DNA of 64,000 nucleotides from Eledone cirrhosa (taxonomy: Eukaryota): the NCBI GenBank assembly GCA_964016885.1, contig OZ024741.1, positions 18,352,001-18,416,000 on the forward strand, read 5' to 3'. The position numbers were made by a program, and so were the translations under genes. The notes beneath the pieces were generated by a model, which worked only from the letters and a program-made list of their open reading frames with translations, was not told the DNA's origin and did not search any database. Of this stretch, positions 42,601-57,600 are shown piece by piece (the stretch's first letter is position 1; every line of letters begins with the position of its first letter).

Positions 42601-45600
42601 CTGTTACCATACCTGAGACAGTCTTGTTATAACTGGCTGTCACATTACAGTACTGTTACCATACCTGGGACAGTCTTGTTATAACTGGCTGTCACATTAC
42701 AGTACTGTTCACATACCTGAGACACACTTGTTATAACTGGCTGTCACATTACGGTACTGTTCACATACCTGAGACAGTCTGGTTATAACTGGCTGTCACA
42801 TTACAGTACTGTTCACATACCTGAGACAGTCTTGTCATAACTGGCTGTCACATTACAGTACTGTTACCATACTTGAGACAGTCTTGTTATAACTGGCTGT
42901 CACATTACAGTACTGTTACCATACCTGAGACAGTCTTGTTATAACTGGCTGTCACATTACAGTACTGTTACCATACTTGAGACAGTCTTGTTATAACTGG
43001 CTGTCACATTACAGTACTGTTACCATACCTGAGACAGTCTTGTTATAACTGGCTGTCACATTACAGTACTTTCCACATACCTGAGACAGTCTTGTTATAA
43101 CTGGCTGTCACATTACAGTACTGTTCACATACCTGAGACAGTCTTGTTATAACTGACTGTCACATTACAGTACTGTTCACATACCTGAGACAGTCTTGTT
43201 ATAACTGGCTGTCACATTACAGTACTGTTCCCATACCTGAGACAGTCTTGTTATAACTGACTGTCACATTACAGTACTGTTACCATACATGAGACAGTCT
43301 TGTTTTAACTGGCTGTCACATTACAGTACTGTTCACATATCTGAGACAGTCTTGTTATAACTGGCTGTCACATTACAGTACTGTTCCCATACCTGAGACA
43401 GTCTTGTTATAACTGGCTGTCACATTACAGTACTGTTACCATACATGAGACAGTCTTGTTTTAACTGGCTGTCACATTACAGTACTGTTCACATACCTGA
43501 GACAGTCTTGTTATAACTGGCTGTCACATTACAGTACTGTTCCCATACCTGAGACAGTCTTGTTATAACTGACTGTCACATTACAGTACTGTTACCATAC
43601 CTGAGACATTCTTGTTATAACTGGCTGTCACATTACAGTACTGTTACCATACCTGAGACAGTCTTGTTATAACTGACTGTCACATTACAGTACTGTTCAC
43701 ATACCTGAGACAGTCTTGTTATAACTGGCTGTCACATTACAGTACTGTTACCATACCTGAGACAGTCTTGTTATAACTGACTGTCACATTACAGTACTGT
43801 TCACATACTTGAGACAGTCTTGTTTTAACTGGCTGTCACATTACAGTACTGTTCACATACCTGAGACAGTCTTGTTATAACTGACTGTCACATTACAGTA
43901 CTGTTCACATACCTGAGACAGTCTTGTTATAACTGGCTGTCACATTACAGTACTGTTACCATACTTGAGAGAGTCTTGTTATAACTGGCTGTCACATTAC
44001 AGTACTGTTACCATACCTGAGACAGTCTTGTTATAACTGGCTGTCACATTACAGTACTGTTACCATACCTGAGACAGTTTTGTTATAACTGGCTGTCACA
44101 TTACAGTACTGTTCACATACCTGAGACAGTCTTGTTATAACTGGCTGTCACATTACAGTACTGTTCACATACCTGAGACAGTCTTGTTATAACTGGCTGT
44201 CACATTACAGTACTGTTCACATACCTGAGACAGTCTTGTTATAACTGGCTGTCACATTACAGTACTGTTCACATACCTGAGACAGTCTTGTTATAACTGG
44301 CTGTCACATTACAGTACTGTTCACATACCTGAGACAGTCTTGTTATAACTGGCTGTCACATTACAGTACTGTTCACATACCTGAGACAGTCTTGTTATAA
44401 CTGGCTGTCACATTACAGTACTGTTCACATACCTGAGACAGTCTTGTTATAACTGACTGTCACATTACAGTACTGTTCACATACCTGAGACAGTCTTGTT
44501 ATAACTGGCTGTCACATTACAGTACTGTTCACATACCTGAGACAGTCTTGTTATAACTGGCTGTCACATTACAGTACTGTTACCATACCTGAGACACACT
44601 TGTTATAACTGGCTGTCACATTACAGTACTGTTCACATACCTGAGACACTCTTGTTATAACTGGCTGTCACATTACAGTACTGTTCACATACCTGAGACA
44701 GTCTTGTTATAACTGGCTGTCACATTACAGTACTGTTCACATACCTGAGACAGTCTTGTTATAACTGGCTTTCACATTACAGTACTGTTACCATACTTGA
44801 GACACTCTTGTTATAACTGGCTGTCACATTACAGTACTGTTCACATACCTGAGACAGTCTTGTTATAACTGGCTGTCACATTACAGTACTGTTCACATAC
44901 CTGAGACACTCTTGTTATAACTGGCTGTCACATTACAGTACTGTTCACATACCTGAGACAGTCTTGTTATAACTGGCTGTCACATTACAGTACTGTTCAC
45001 ATACCTGAGACAGTCTTGTTATAACTGGCTGTCACATTACAGTACTGTTCACATACCTTAGACACTCTTGTTATAACTGGCTGTCACATTACAGTACTGT
45101 TCACATACCTGAGACAGTCTTGTTATAACTGGCTGTCACATTACAGTACTGTTCACATACCTGAGACAGTCTTGTTATAACTGGCTGTCACATTACAGTA
45201 CTGTTACCATACCTGAGACAGTCTTGTTATAACTGGCTGTCACATTACAGTACTGTTCACATACCTGAGACAGTCTTGTTATAACTGGCTGTCACATTAC
45301 AGTACTGTTCACATACCTGAGACAGTCTTGTTATAACTGGCTGTCACATTACAGTACTGTTCACATACCTGAGACAGTCTTGTTATAACTGGCTGTCACA
45401 TTACAGTACTGTTCACATACCTGAGACAGTCTTGTTATAACTGGCTGTCACATTACAGTACTGTTCACATACCTGAGACAGTCTTGTTATAACTGGCTGT
45501 CACATTACAGTACTGTTACCATACCTGAGACAGTCTTGTTATAACTGGCTGTCACATTACAGTACTGTTACCATACCTGAGACAGTTTTGTTATAACTGG

Positions 45601-48600
45601 CTGTCACATTACAGTACTGTTCACATACCTGAGACAGTCTTGTTATAACTGGCTGTCACATTACAGTACTGTTCACATACCTGAGACACTCTTGTTATAA
45701 CTGGCTGTCACATTACAGTACTGTTACCATACCTGAGACAGTCTTGTTATAACTGGCTGTCACATTACAGTACTGTTCACATACCTGAGACAGTCTTGTT
45801 ATAACTGGCTGTCACATTACAGTACTGTTCACATACCTGAGACAGTCTTGTTATAACTGGCTGTCACATTACAGTACTGTTCACATACCTGAGACAGTCT
45901 TGTTATAACTGGCTGTCACATTACAGTACTGTTCACATACCTGAGACAGTCTTGTTATAACTGGCTGTCACATTACAGTACTGTTACCATACCTGAGACA
46001 GTCTTGTTATAACTGGCTGTCACATTACAGTACTGTTACCATACCTGAGACAGTTTTGTTATAACTGGCTGTCACATTACAGTACTGTTACCATACCTGA
46101 GACAGTTTTGTTATAACTGGCTGTCACATTACAGTACTGTTCACATACCTGAGACAGTCTTGTTATAACTGGCTGTCACATTACAGTACTGTTCACATAC
46201 CTGAGACAGTCTTGTTATAACTGGCTGTCACATTACAGTACTGTTACCATTCCTGAGACAGTCTTGTTATAACTGGCTGTCACATTACAGTACTGTTACC
46301 ATACCTGAGACAGTTTTGTTATAACTGGCTGTCACATTACAGTACTGTTACCATACCTGAGACAGTTTTGTTATAACTGGCTGTCACATTACAGTACTGT
46401 TCACATACCTGAGACAGTCTTGTTATAACTGGCTGTCACATTACAGTACTGTTCACATACCTGAGACAGTCTTGTTATAACTGGCTGTCACATTACAGTA
46501 CTGTTCACATACCTGAGACAGTCTTGTTATAACTGGCTGTCACATTACAGTACTGTTCCCATACCTGAGACAGTCTTGTTATAACTGGCTGTCACATTAC
46601 AGTACTGTTCACATACCTGAGACATTCTTGTTATAACTGGCTGTCACATTACAGTACTGTTCACATACCTGAGACAGTCTTGTTATAACTGGCTGTCACA
46701 TTACAGTACTGTTACCATACCTGAGACAGTCTTGTTATAACTGGCTGTCACATTACAGTACTGTTCACATACCTGAGACAGTCTTGTTATAACTGGCTGT
46801 CACATTACAGTACTGTTACCATACCTGAGACAGTCTTGTTATAACTGGCTATCACATTACAGTACTGTCCACATACCTGAGACAGTTTTGTTATAACTGG
46901 CTGTCACATTACAGTGCTGTTCACATATCTGAGACAGTCTTGTTATAACTGGCTGTCACATTACAGTACTGTTACCATACCTGAGACAGTCTTGTTATAA
47001 CTGGCTGTCATATTACAGTACTGTCCACATACCTGAGACAGTCTTGTTATAACTGGCTGTCACATTACAGTACTGTTCACATATCTGAGACAGTCTTGTT
47101 ATAACTGGCTGTCACATTACAGTACTGTTACCATACCTGAGACAGTCTTGTTATAACTGGCTGTCATATTACAGTACTGTCCACATACCTGAGACAGTCT
47201 TGTTATATCTGGCTGTCACATTACAGTACTGTCCACATACCTGAGACAGTCTTGTTATAACTGGCTGTCATATTACAGTACTGTCCACATACCTGAGACA
47301 GTCTTGTTATAACTGGCTATCACATTACAGTACTGTCCACATACCTGAGACAGTCTTGTTATAACTGGCTGTCATATTACAGTACTGTCCACATACCTGA
47401 GACAGTCTTGTTATAACTGGCTGTCACATTACAGTACTGTTCACATACCTGAGACAGTCTTGTTATAACTGGCTGTCACATTACAGTACTGTTCACATAC
47501 CTGAGACAGTCTTGTTATAACTGGCTGTCACATTACAGTACTGTTACCATACCTGAGACAGTCTTGTTATAACTGGCTATCACATTACAGTACTGTCCAC
47601 ATACCTGAGACAGTCTTGTTATAACTGGCTGTCACATTACAGTACTGTTCACATACCTGAGACAGTCTTGTTATAACTAGCTGTCACATTACAGTACTGT
47701 TACCATACCTGAGACAGTCTTGTTATAACTGGCTATCACATTACAGTACTGTCCACATACCTGAGACAGTCTTGTTATAACTGGCTGTCACAATACAGTA
47801 CTGGTCAGATACCTGAGACAGTCTTGTTATAACTGGCTGTCACATTACAGTACTGTTACCATACCTGAGACAGTCTTGTTATAACTGGCTGTCACATTAC
47901 AGTACTGTTCACATACCTGAGACAGTCTTGTTATAACTGGCTGTCACATTACAGTACTGTTCACATACCTGAGACAGTCTTGTTATAATTGGCTGTCACA
48001 TTACAGTACTGTTACCATACCTGAGACAGTCATGTTATAACTGGCTGTCACATTACAGTACTGTTACCATACCTGAGACACTCTTGTTATAACTGGCTGT
48101 CACATTACCGTACTGTTACCATACCTGAGACAGTCTTGTTATAACTGGCTGTCACATTACAGTACTGTTACCATACCTGAGACAGTCTTGTTATAACTGG
48201 CTGTCACATTACCGTACTGTTACCATACCTGAGACAGTCTTGTTATAACTGGCTGTCACATTACAGTACTGTTCACATACCTGAGACAGTCTTGTTATAA
48301 CTGGCTGTCACATTACAGTACTGTTCACATACCTGAGACAGTCTTGTTATAACTGGCTGTCACATTACTGTACTGTCCACATACCTGAGACAGTCTTGTT
48401 ATAACTGGCTGTCACATTACAGTACTGTTCACATGCCTGAGACAGTCTTGTTATAACTGGCTGTCACATTACAGTACTGTTCACATACCTGAGACACTCT
48501 TGTTATAACTGGCTGTCACAGTACAGTACTGTCCACATACCTGAGACAGTCTTGTTATAACTGGCTGTCACAATACAGTACTGTTCACATACCTGAGACA

Positions 48601-51600
48601 GTCTTGTTATAACTGGCTGTCACATTACAGTACTGTTCACATGCCTGAGACAGTCTTGTTATAACTGGCTGTCACATTACAGTACTGTTCACAACCTGAG
48701 ACACTCTTGTTATAACTGGCTGTCACAGTACAGTACTGTCCACATACCTGAGACAGTCTTGTTATAACTGGCTGTCACAATACAGTACTGTTCACATACC
48801 TGAGACAGTCTTGTTATAACTGGCTGTCACATTACAGTACTGTTCACATACCTGAGACAGTCTTGTTATAACTGGCTGTCACATTACAGTACTGTTACCA
48901 TACTTGAGACACTCTTGTTATAACTGACTGTCACATTACAGTACTGTTACCATACCTGAGACAGTCTTGTTATAACTGGCTGTCACATTACAGTACTGTT
49001 CACATACCTGAGACAGTCTTGTTATAACTGGCTGTCACATTACAGTACTGTTCACATACCTGAGACAGTCTTGTTATAACTGGCTGTCACATTACAGTAC
49101 TGTTACCATACTTGAGACAGTCTTGTTATAACTGGCTGTCACATTACAGTACTGTTACCATACCTGAGACAGTCTTGTTATTACTGGCTGTCACATTACA
49201 TTACTGTTCTAATACCTGAGACAGTCTTGTTATAACTGGCTGTCACATTACAGTACTGTTCACATACCTGAGACAGTCTTGTTATAACTGGCTGTCACAT
49301 TACAGTACTGTTACCATACCTGAAACACTCTTGTTATAACTGGCTGTCACATTACAGTACTGTTACCATACTTGAGACAGTCTTGTTATAACTGGCTGTC
49401 ACATTACAGTACTGTTCACATACCTGAGACAGTCTTGTTATAACTGGCTGTCACATTACAGTACTGTTACCATACCTGAGACAGTCTTGTTATAACTGGC
49501 TGTCACATTACCGTACTGTTACCATACCTGAGACAGTCTTGTTATAACTGGCTGTCACATTACAGTACTGTTCACATACCTGAGACAGTCTTGTTATAAC
49601 TGGCTGTCACATTACAGTACTGTTCACATACCTGAGACAGTCTTGTTATAACTGGCTGTCACATTACAGTACTGTTACCATACCTGAGACAGTCTTGTTA
49701 TAACTGGCTGTCACATTACAGTACTTTCCACATACCTGAGACAGTCTTGTTATAACTGGCTGTCACATTACAGTACTGTTCACATACCTGAGACACTCTT
49801 GTTATAACTGGCTGTCACATTACAGTACTGTTCACATACCTGAGACAGTTTTGTTATAACTGGCTGTCACATTACAGTACTGTCCACATACCTGAGACAG
49901 TCTTGTTATAACTGGCTGTTACATTACAGTACTGTTGCCATACCTGAGACAGTCTTGTTATAACTGGCTGTCACATTACCGTACTGTTACCATACCTGAG
50001 ACAGTCTTGTTATAACTGGCTGTCACATTACAGTACTGTTCACATACCTGAGACAGTCTTGTTATAACTGGCTGTCACATTACAGTACTGTTCACATACC
50101 TGAGACAGTCTTGTTATAACTGGCTGTCACATTACAGTACTGTCCACATACCTGAGACAGTCTTGTTATAACTGGCTGTCACATTACAGTACTGTTACCA
50201 TACCTGAGACAGTCATGTTATAACTGGCTGTCACATTACAGTACTGTTACCATACCTGAGACAGTCTTGTTATAACTGGCTGTCACATTACAGTACTGTT
50301 ACCATACCTGAGACAGTCTTGTTATAACTGGCTGTCACATTACAGTACTGTTACCATACCTGAGACAGTCTTGTTATAACTGGCTGTCACATTACCGTAC
50401 TGTTCACATACCTGAGACAGTCTTGTTATAACTGGCTGTCACATTACAGTACTGTTACCATACCTGAGACAGTCATGTTATAACTGGCTGTCACATTACA
50501 GTACTGTTCACATACCTGAGACAGTCTTGTTATAACTGGCTGTCACATTACAGTACTGTTACCATACCTGAGACAGTCTTGTTATAACTGGCTGTCACAT
50601 TACCGTACTGTTCACATACCTGAGACAGTCTTGTTATAACTGGCTGTCACATTACAGTACTGTTCACATACCTGAGACAGTCTTGTTATAACTGGCTGTC
50701 ACATTACAGTACTGTTCACATACCTGAGACAGTCTTGTTATAACTGGCTGTCACATTACAGTACTGTTCACATACCTGAGACAGTCTTGTTATAACTGGC
50801 TGTCACATTACAGTACTGTTCACATACCTGAGACAGTCTTGTTATAACTGGCTGTCACATTACAGTACTGTTACCATACCTGAGACAGTCATGTTATAAC
50901 TGGCTGTCACATTACAGTACTGTTCCCATACCTGAGACAGTCTTGTTATAACTGGCTGTCACATTACAGTACTGTTCACATACCTGAGACAGTCTTGTTA
51001 TAACTGGCTGTCACATTACAGTACTGTTCCCATACCTGAGACAGTCTTGTTATAACTGGCTGTCACATTACAGTACTGTCCACATACCTGAGACAGTCTT
51101 GTTATAACTGGCTGTCACATTACAGTACTGTTCACATACCTGAGACAGTCTTGTTATAACTGGCTGTCACATTGCAGTACTGTCCACATACCTGAGACAG
51201 TCTTGTTATAACTGGCTGTCACATTACAGTACTGTTCACATACCTGAGACAGTCTTGTTATAACTGGCTGTCACATTACTGTACTGTCCACATACCTGAG
51301 ACAGTCTTGTTATAACTGGCTGTCACATTACAGTACTGTTCCCATACCTGAGACAGTCTTGTTATAACTGGCTGTCACATTACAGTACTGTTCCCATACC
51401 TGAGACAGTCTTGTTATAACTGGCTGTCACATTACAGTACTGTCCACATACCTGAGACAGTCTTGTTATAACTGGCTGTCACATTACAGTACTGTTCACA
51501 TACCTGAGACAGTCTTGTTATAACTGGCTGTCACATTGCAGTACTGTCCACATACCTGAGACAGTCTTGTTATAACTGGCTGTCACATTACAGTACTGTT

Positions 51601-54600
51601 CACATACCTGAGACAGTCTTGTTATAACTGGCTGTCACATTACTGTACTGTCCACATACCTGAGACAGTCTTGTTATAACTGGCTGTCACATTACAGTAC
51701 TGTTCACATGCCTGAGACAGTCTTGTTATAACTGGCTGTCACATTACAGTACTGTTCACATACCTGAGACACTCTTGTTATAACTGGCTGTCACAGTACA
51801 GTACTGTCCACATACCTGAGACAGTCTTGTTATAACTGGCTGTCACAATACAGTACTGTTCACATACCTGAGACAGTCTTGTTATAACTGGCTGTCACAT
51901 TACAGTACTGTTCACATGCCTGAGACAGTCTTGTTATAACTGGCTGTCACATTACAGTACTGTTCACAACCTGAGACACTCTTGTTATAACTGGCTGTCA
52001 CAGTACAGTACTGTCCACATACCTGAGACAGTCTTGTTATAACTGGCTGTCACAATACAGTACTGTTCACATACCTGAGACAGTCTTGTTATAACTGGCT
52101 GTCACATTACAGTACTGTTCACATACCTGAGACAGTCTTGTTATAACTGGCTGTCACATTACAGTACTGTTACCATACTTGAGACACTCTTGTTATAACT
52201 GACTGTCACATTACAGTACTGTTACCATACCTGAGACAGTCTTGTTATAACTGGCTGTCACATTACAGTACTGTTCACATACCTGAGACAGTCTTGTTAT
52301 AACTGGCTGTCACATTACAGTACTGTTCACATACCTGAGACAGTCTTGTTATAACTGGCTGTCACATTACAGTACTGTTACCATACTTGAGACAGTCTTG
52401 TTATAACTGGCTGTCACATTACAGTACTGTTACCATACCTGAGACAGTCTTGTTATTACTGGCTGTCACATTACATTACTGTTCCAATACCTGAGACAGT
52501 CTTGTTATAACTGGCTGTCACATTACAGTACTGTTCACATACCTGAGACAGTCTTGTTATAACTGGCTGTCACATTACAGTACTGTTACCATACCTGAAA
52601 CACTCTTGTTATAACTGGCTGTCACATTACAGTACTGTTACCATACTTGAGACAGTCTTGTTATAACTGGCTGTCACATTACAGTACTGTTCACATACCT
52701 GAGACAGTCTTGTTATAACTGGCTGTCACATTACAGTACTGTTACCATACCTGAGACAGTCTTGTTATAACTGGCTGTCACATTACCGTACTGTTACCAT
52801 ACCTGAGACAGTCTTGTTATAACTGGCTGTCACATTACAGTACTGTTCACATACCTGAGACAGTCTTGTTATAACTGGCTGTCACATTACAGTACTGTTA
52901 CCATACCTGAGACAGTCTTGTTATAACTGGCTGTCACATTACAGTACTTTCCACATACCTGAGACAGTCTTGTTATAACTGGCTGTCACATTACAGTACT
53001 GTTCACATACCTGAGACACTCTTGTTATAACTGGCTGTCACATTACAGTACTGTTCACATACCTGAGACAGTTTTGTTATAACTGGCTGTCACATTACAG
53101 TACTGTCCACATACCTGAGACAGTCTTGTTATAACTGGCTGTTACATTACAGTACTGTTGCCATACCTGAGACAGTCTTGTTATAACTGGCTGTCACATT
53201 ACCGTACTGTTACCATACCTGAGACAGTCTTGTTATAACTGGCTGTCACATTACAGTACTGTTCACATACCTGAGACAGTCTTGTTATAACTGGCTGTCA
53301 CATTACAGTACTGTTCACATACCTGAGACAGTCTTGTTATAACTGGCTGTCACATTACAGTACTGTCCACATACCTGAGACAGTCTTGTTATAACTGGCT
53401 GTCACATTACAGTACTGTTACCATACCTGAGACAGTCATGTTATAACTGGCTGTCACATTACAGTACTGTTACCATACCTGAGACAGTCTTGTTATAACT
53501 GGCTGTCACATTACAGTACTGTTACCATACCTGAGACAGTCTTGTTATAACTGGCTGTCACATTACAGTACTGTTACCATACCTGAGACAGTCTTGTTAT
53601 AACTGGCTGTCACATTACCGTACTGTTCACATACCTGAGACAGTCTTGTTATAACTGGCTGTCACATTACAGTACTGTTACCATACCTGAGACAGTCATG
53701 TTATAACTGGCTGTCACATTACAGTACTGTTCACATACCTGAGACAGTCTTGTTATAACTAACTGTCACATTACAGTACTGTTCACATACCTGAGACAGT
53801 CTTGTTATAACTGACTGTCACATTACAGTACTGTTCACATACCTGAGACAGTCTTGTTATAACTGGCTGTCACATTACAGTACTGTTACCATACCTGAGA
53901 CAGTCTTGTTATAACTGGCTGTCACATTACAGTACTGTTCACATACCTGAGACAGTCTTGTTATAACTGGCTGTCACATTACAGTACTGTTACCATACCT
54001 GAGACAGTCTTGTTATAACTGGCTGTCACATTACAGTACTGTTACCATACCTGAGACAGTCTTGTTATAACTGGCTGTCACATTACAGTACTGTTCACAT
54101 ACCTGAGACAGTCTTGTTATAACTGACTGTCACATTACAGTACTGTTCACATACCTGAGACAGTCTTGTTATAACTGGCTGTCACATTACAGTACTGTTA
54201 CCATACCTGAGACAGTCTTGTTATAACTGGCTGTCACATTACAGTACTGTTCACATACCTGAGACAGTCTTGTTATAACTGGCTGTCACATTACAGTACT
54301 GTTCACATACCTGAGACAGTCTTGTTATAACTGGCTGTCACATTACAGTACTCTTCACATACCTGAGACAGTCTTGTTATAACTGGCTGTCACATTACAG
54401 TACTGTTCACATACCTGAGACAGTCTTGTTATAACTGACTGTCACATTACAGTACTGTTACCATACCTGAGACAGTCATGTTATAACTGGCTGTCACATT
54501 ACAGTACTGTTCACATACCTGAGACAGTCTTGTTATAACTGGCTGTCACATTACAGTACTGTTACCATACCTGAGACAGTCATGTTATAACTGACTGTCA

Positions 54601-57600
54601 CATTACAGGACTGTTCACATACCTGAGACAGTCTTGTTATAACTGGCTGTCACATTACAGGACTGTTCACATACCTGAGACAGTCTTGTTATAACTGGCT
54701 GTCACATTACAGTACTGTTACCATACCTGAGACAGTCTTGTTATAACTGGCTGTCACATTACAGTACTGTTACCATACCTGAGACAGTCTTGTTATAACT
54801 GGCTGTCACATTACGGTACTGTTACCATACCTGAGACAGTCTTGTTATAACTGGCTGTCACATTACAGTACTGTTACCATACCTGAGACAGTCTTGTTAT
54901 AACTGGCTGTCACATTACAGTACTGTTCACATACCTGAGACAGTCTTGTTATAACTAACTGTCACATTACAGTACTGTTCACATACCTGAGACAGTCTTG
55001 TTATAACTGGCTGTCACATTACAGTACTGTTCACATACCTGAGACACTCTTGTTATAACTGGCTGTCACATTACAGTACTGTCCACATACCTGAGACAGT
55101 CTTGTTATAACTGGCTGTCACATTACAGTACTGTTCACATACCTGAGACAGTCTTGTTATAACTGGCTGTCACATTACAGTACTGTTCACATACCTGAGA
55201 CAGTCTTGTTATAACTGGCTGTCACATTGCAGTACTGTTCACATACCTGAGACACTCTTGTTATAACTGGCTGTCACATTACAGTACTGTCCACATACCT
55301 GAGACAGTCTTGTTATAACTGGCTGTCACATTACAGTACTGTTCACATACCTGAGACACTCTTGTTATAACTGGCTGTCACATTACAGTACTGTCCACAT
55401 ACCTGAGACAGTCTTGTTATAACTGGCTGTCACATTACAGTACTGTTCACATACCTGAGACAGTCTTGTTATAACTGGCTGTCACATTACAGTACTGTTC
55501 ACATACCTGAGACAGTCTTGTTATAACTGGCTGTCACATTACAGTACTGTCCACATACCTGAGACAGTCTTGTTATAACTGGCTGTCACATTACAGTACT
55601 GTTCACATACCTGAGACACTCTTGTTATAACTGGCTGTCACATTACAGTACTGTTCCCATACCTGAGACAGTCTTGTTATAACTGGCTGTCACATTACAG
55701 TACTGTTCACATACCTGAGACACTCTTGTTATAACTGGCTGTCACATTACAGTACTGTCCACATACCTGAGACAGTCTTGTTATAACTGGCTGTCACATT
55801 ACAGTACTGTTCACATACCTGAGACACTCTTGTTATAACTGGCTGTCACATTACAGTACTGTCCACATACCTGAGACAGTCTTGTTATAACTGGCTGTCA
55901 CATTACAGTACTGTTCACATACCTGAGACAGTCTTGTTATAACTGGCTGTCACATTACAGTACTGTTCACATACCTGAGACAGTCTTGTTATAACTAACT
56001 GTCACATTACAGTACTGTTCACATACCTGAGACAGTCTTGTTATAACTGGCTGTCACATTACAGTACTGTTCACATACCTGAGACACTCTTGTTATAACT
56101 GGCTGTCACATTACAGTACTGTCCACATACCTGAGACAGTCTTGTTATAACTGGCTGTCACATTACAGTACTGTTCACATACCTGAGACAGTCTTGTTAT
56201 AACTGGCTGTCACATTACAGTACTGTTCACATACCTGAGACAGTCTTGTTATAACTGGCTGTCACATTGCAGTACTGTTCACATACCTGAGACACTCTTG
56301 TTATAACTGGCTGTCACATTACAGTACTGTCCACATACCTGAGACAGTCTTGTTATAACTGGCTGTCACATTACAGTACTGTTCACATACCTGAGACACT
56401 CTTGTTATAACTGGCTGTCACATTACAGTACTGTCCACATACCTGAGACAGTCTTGTTATAACTGGCTGTCACATTACAGTACTGTTCACATACCTGAGA
56501 CAGTCTTGTTATAACTGGCTGTCACATTACAGTACTGTTCACATACCTGAGACAGTCTTGTTATAACTGGCTGTCACATTGCAGTACTGTTCACATACCT
56601 GAGACAGTCTTGTTATAACTGGCTGTCACATTACAGTACTGTTCACATACCTGAGACAGTGTTGTTATAACTGGCTGTCACATTGCAGTACTGTTCACAT
56701 ACCTGAGACAGTCTTGTTATAACTGGCTGTCACATTACAGTACTGTTCACATACCTGAGACAGTCTTGTTATAACTGGCTGTCACATTACAGTACTGTTC
56801 ACATACCTGAGACAGTCTTGTTATAACTGGCTGTCACATTACAGTACTGTTCACATACCTGAGACAGTCTTGTTATAACTGGCTGTCACATTACAGTACT
56901 GTTCACATACCTGAGACAGTGTTGTTATAACTGGCTGTCACATTGCAGTACTGTTCACATACCTGAGACAGTCTTGTTATAACTGGCTGTCACATTACAG
57001 TACTGTTCACATACCTGAGACAGTCTTGTTATAACTGGCTGTCACATTACAGTACTGTTCACATACCTGAGACAGTCTTGTTATAACTGGCTGTCACATT
57101 ACAGTACTGTTCACATACCTGAGACAGTCTTGTTATAACTGGCTGTCACATTACAGTACTGTTCACATACCTGAGACAGTGTTGTTATAACTGGCTGTCA
57201 CATTGCAGTACTGTTCACATACCTGAGACAGTCTTGTTATAACTGGCTGTCACATTACAGTACTGTTCACATACCTGAGACAGTCTTGTTATAACTGGCT
57301 GTCACATTACAGTACTGTTCACATACCTGAGACAGTCTTGTTATAACTGGCTGTCACATTACAGTACTGTTCACATACCTGAGACAGTCTTGTTATAACT
57401 GGCTGTCACATTACAGTACTGTTCACATACCTGAGACAGTGTTGTTATAACTGGCTGTCACATTGCAGTACTGTTCACATACCTGAGACAGTCTTGTTAT
57501 AACTGGCTGTCACATTACAGTACTGTTCACATACCTGAGACAGTCTTGTTATAACTGGCTGTCACATTACAGTACTGTTCACATACCTGAGACAGTCTTG

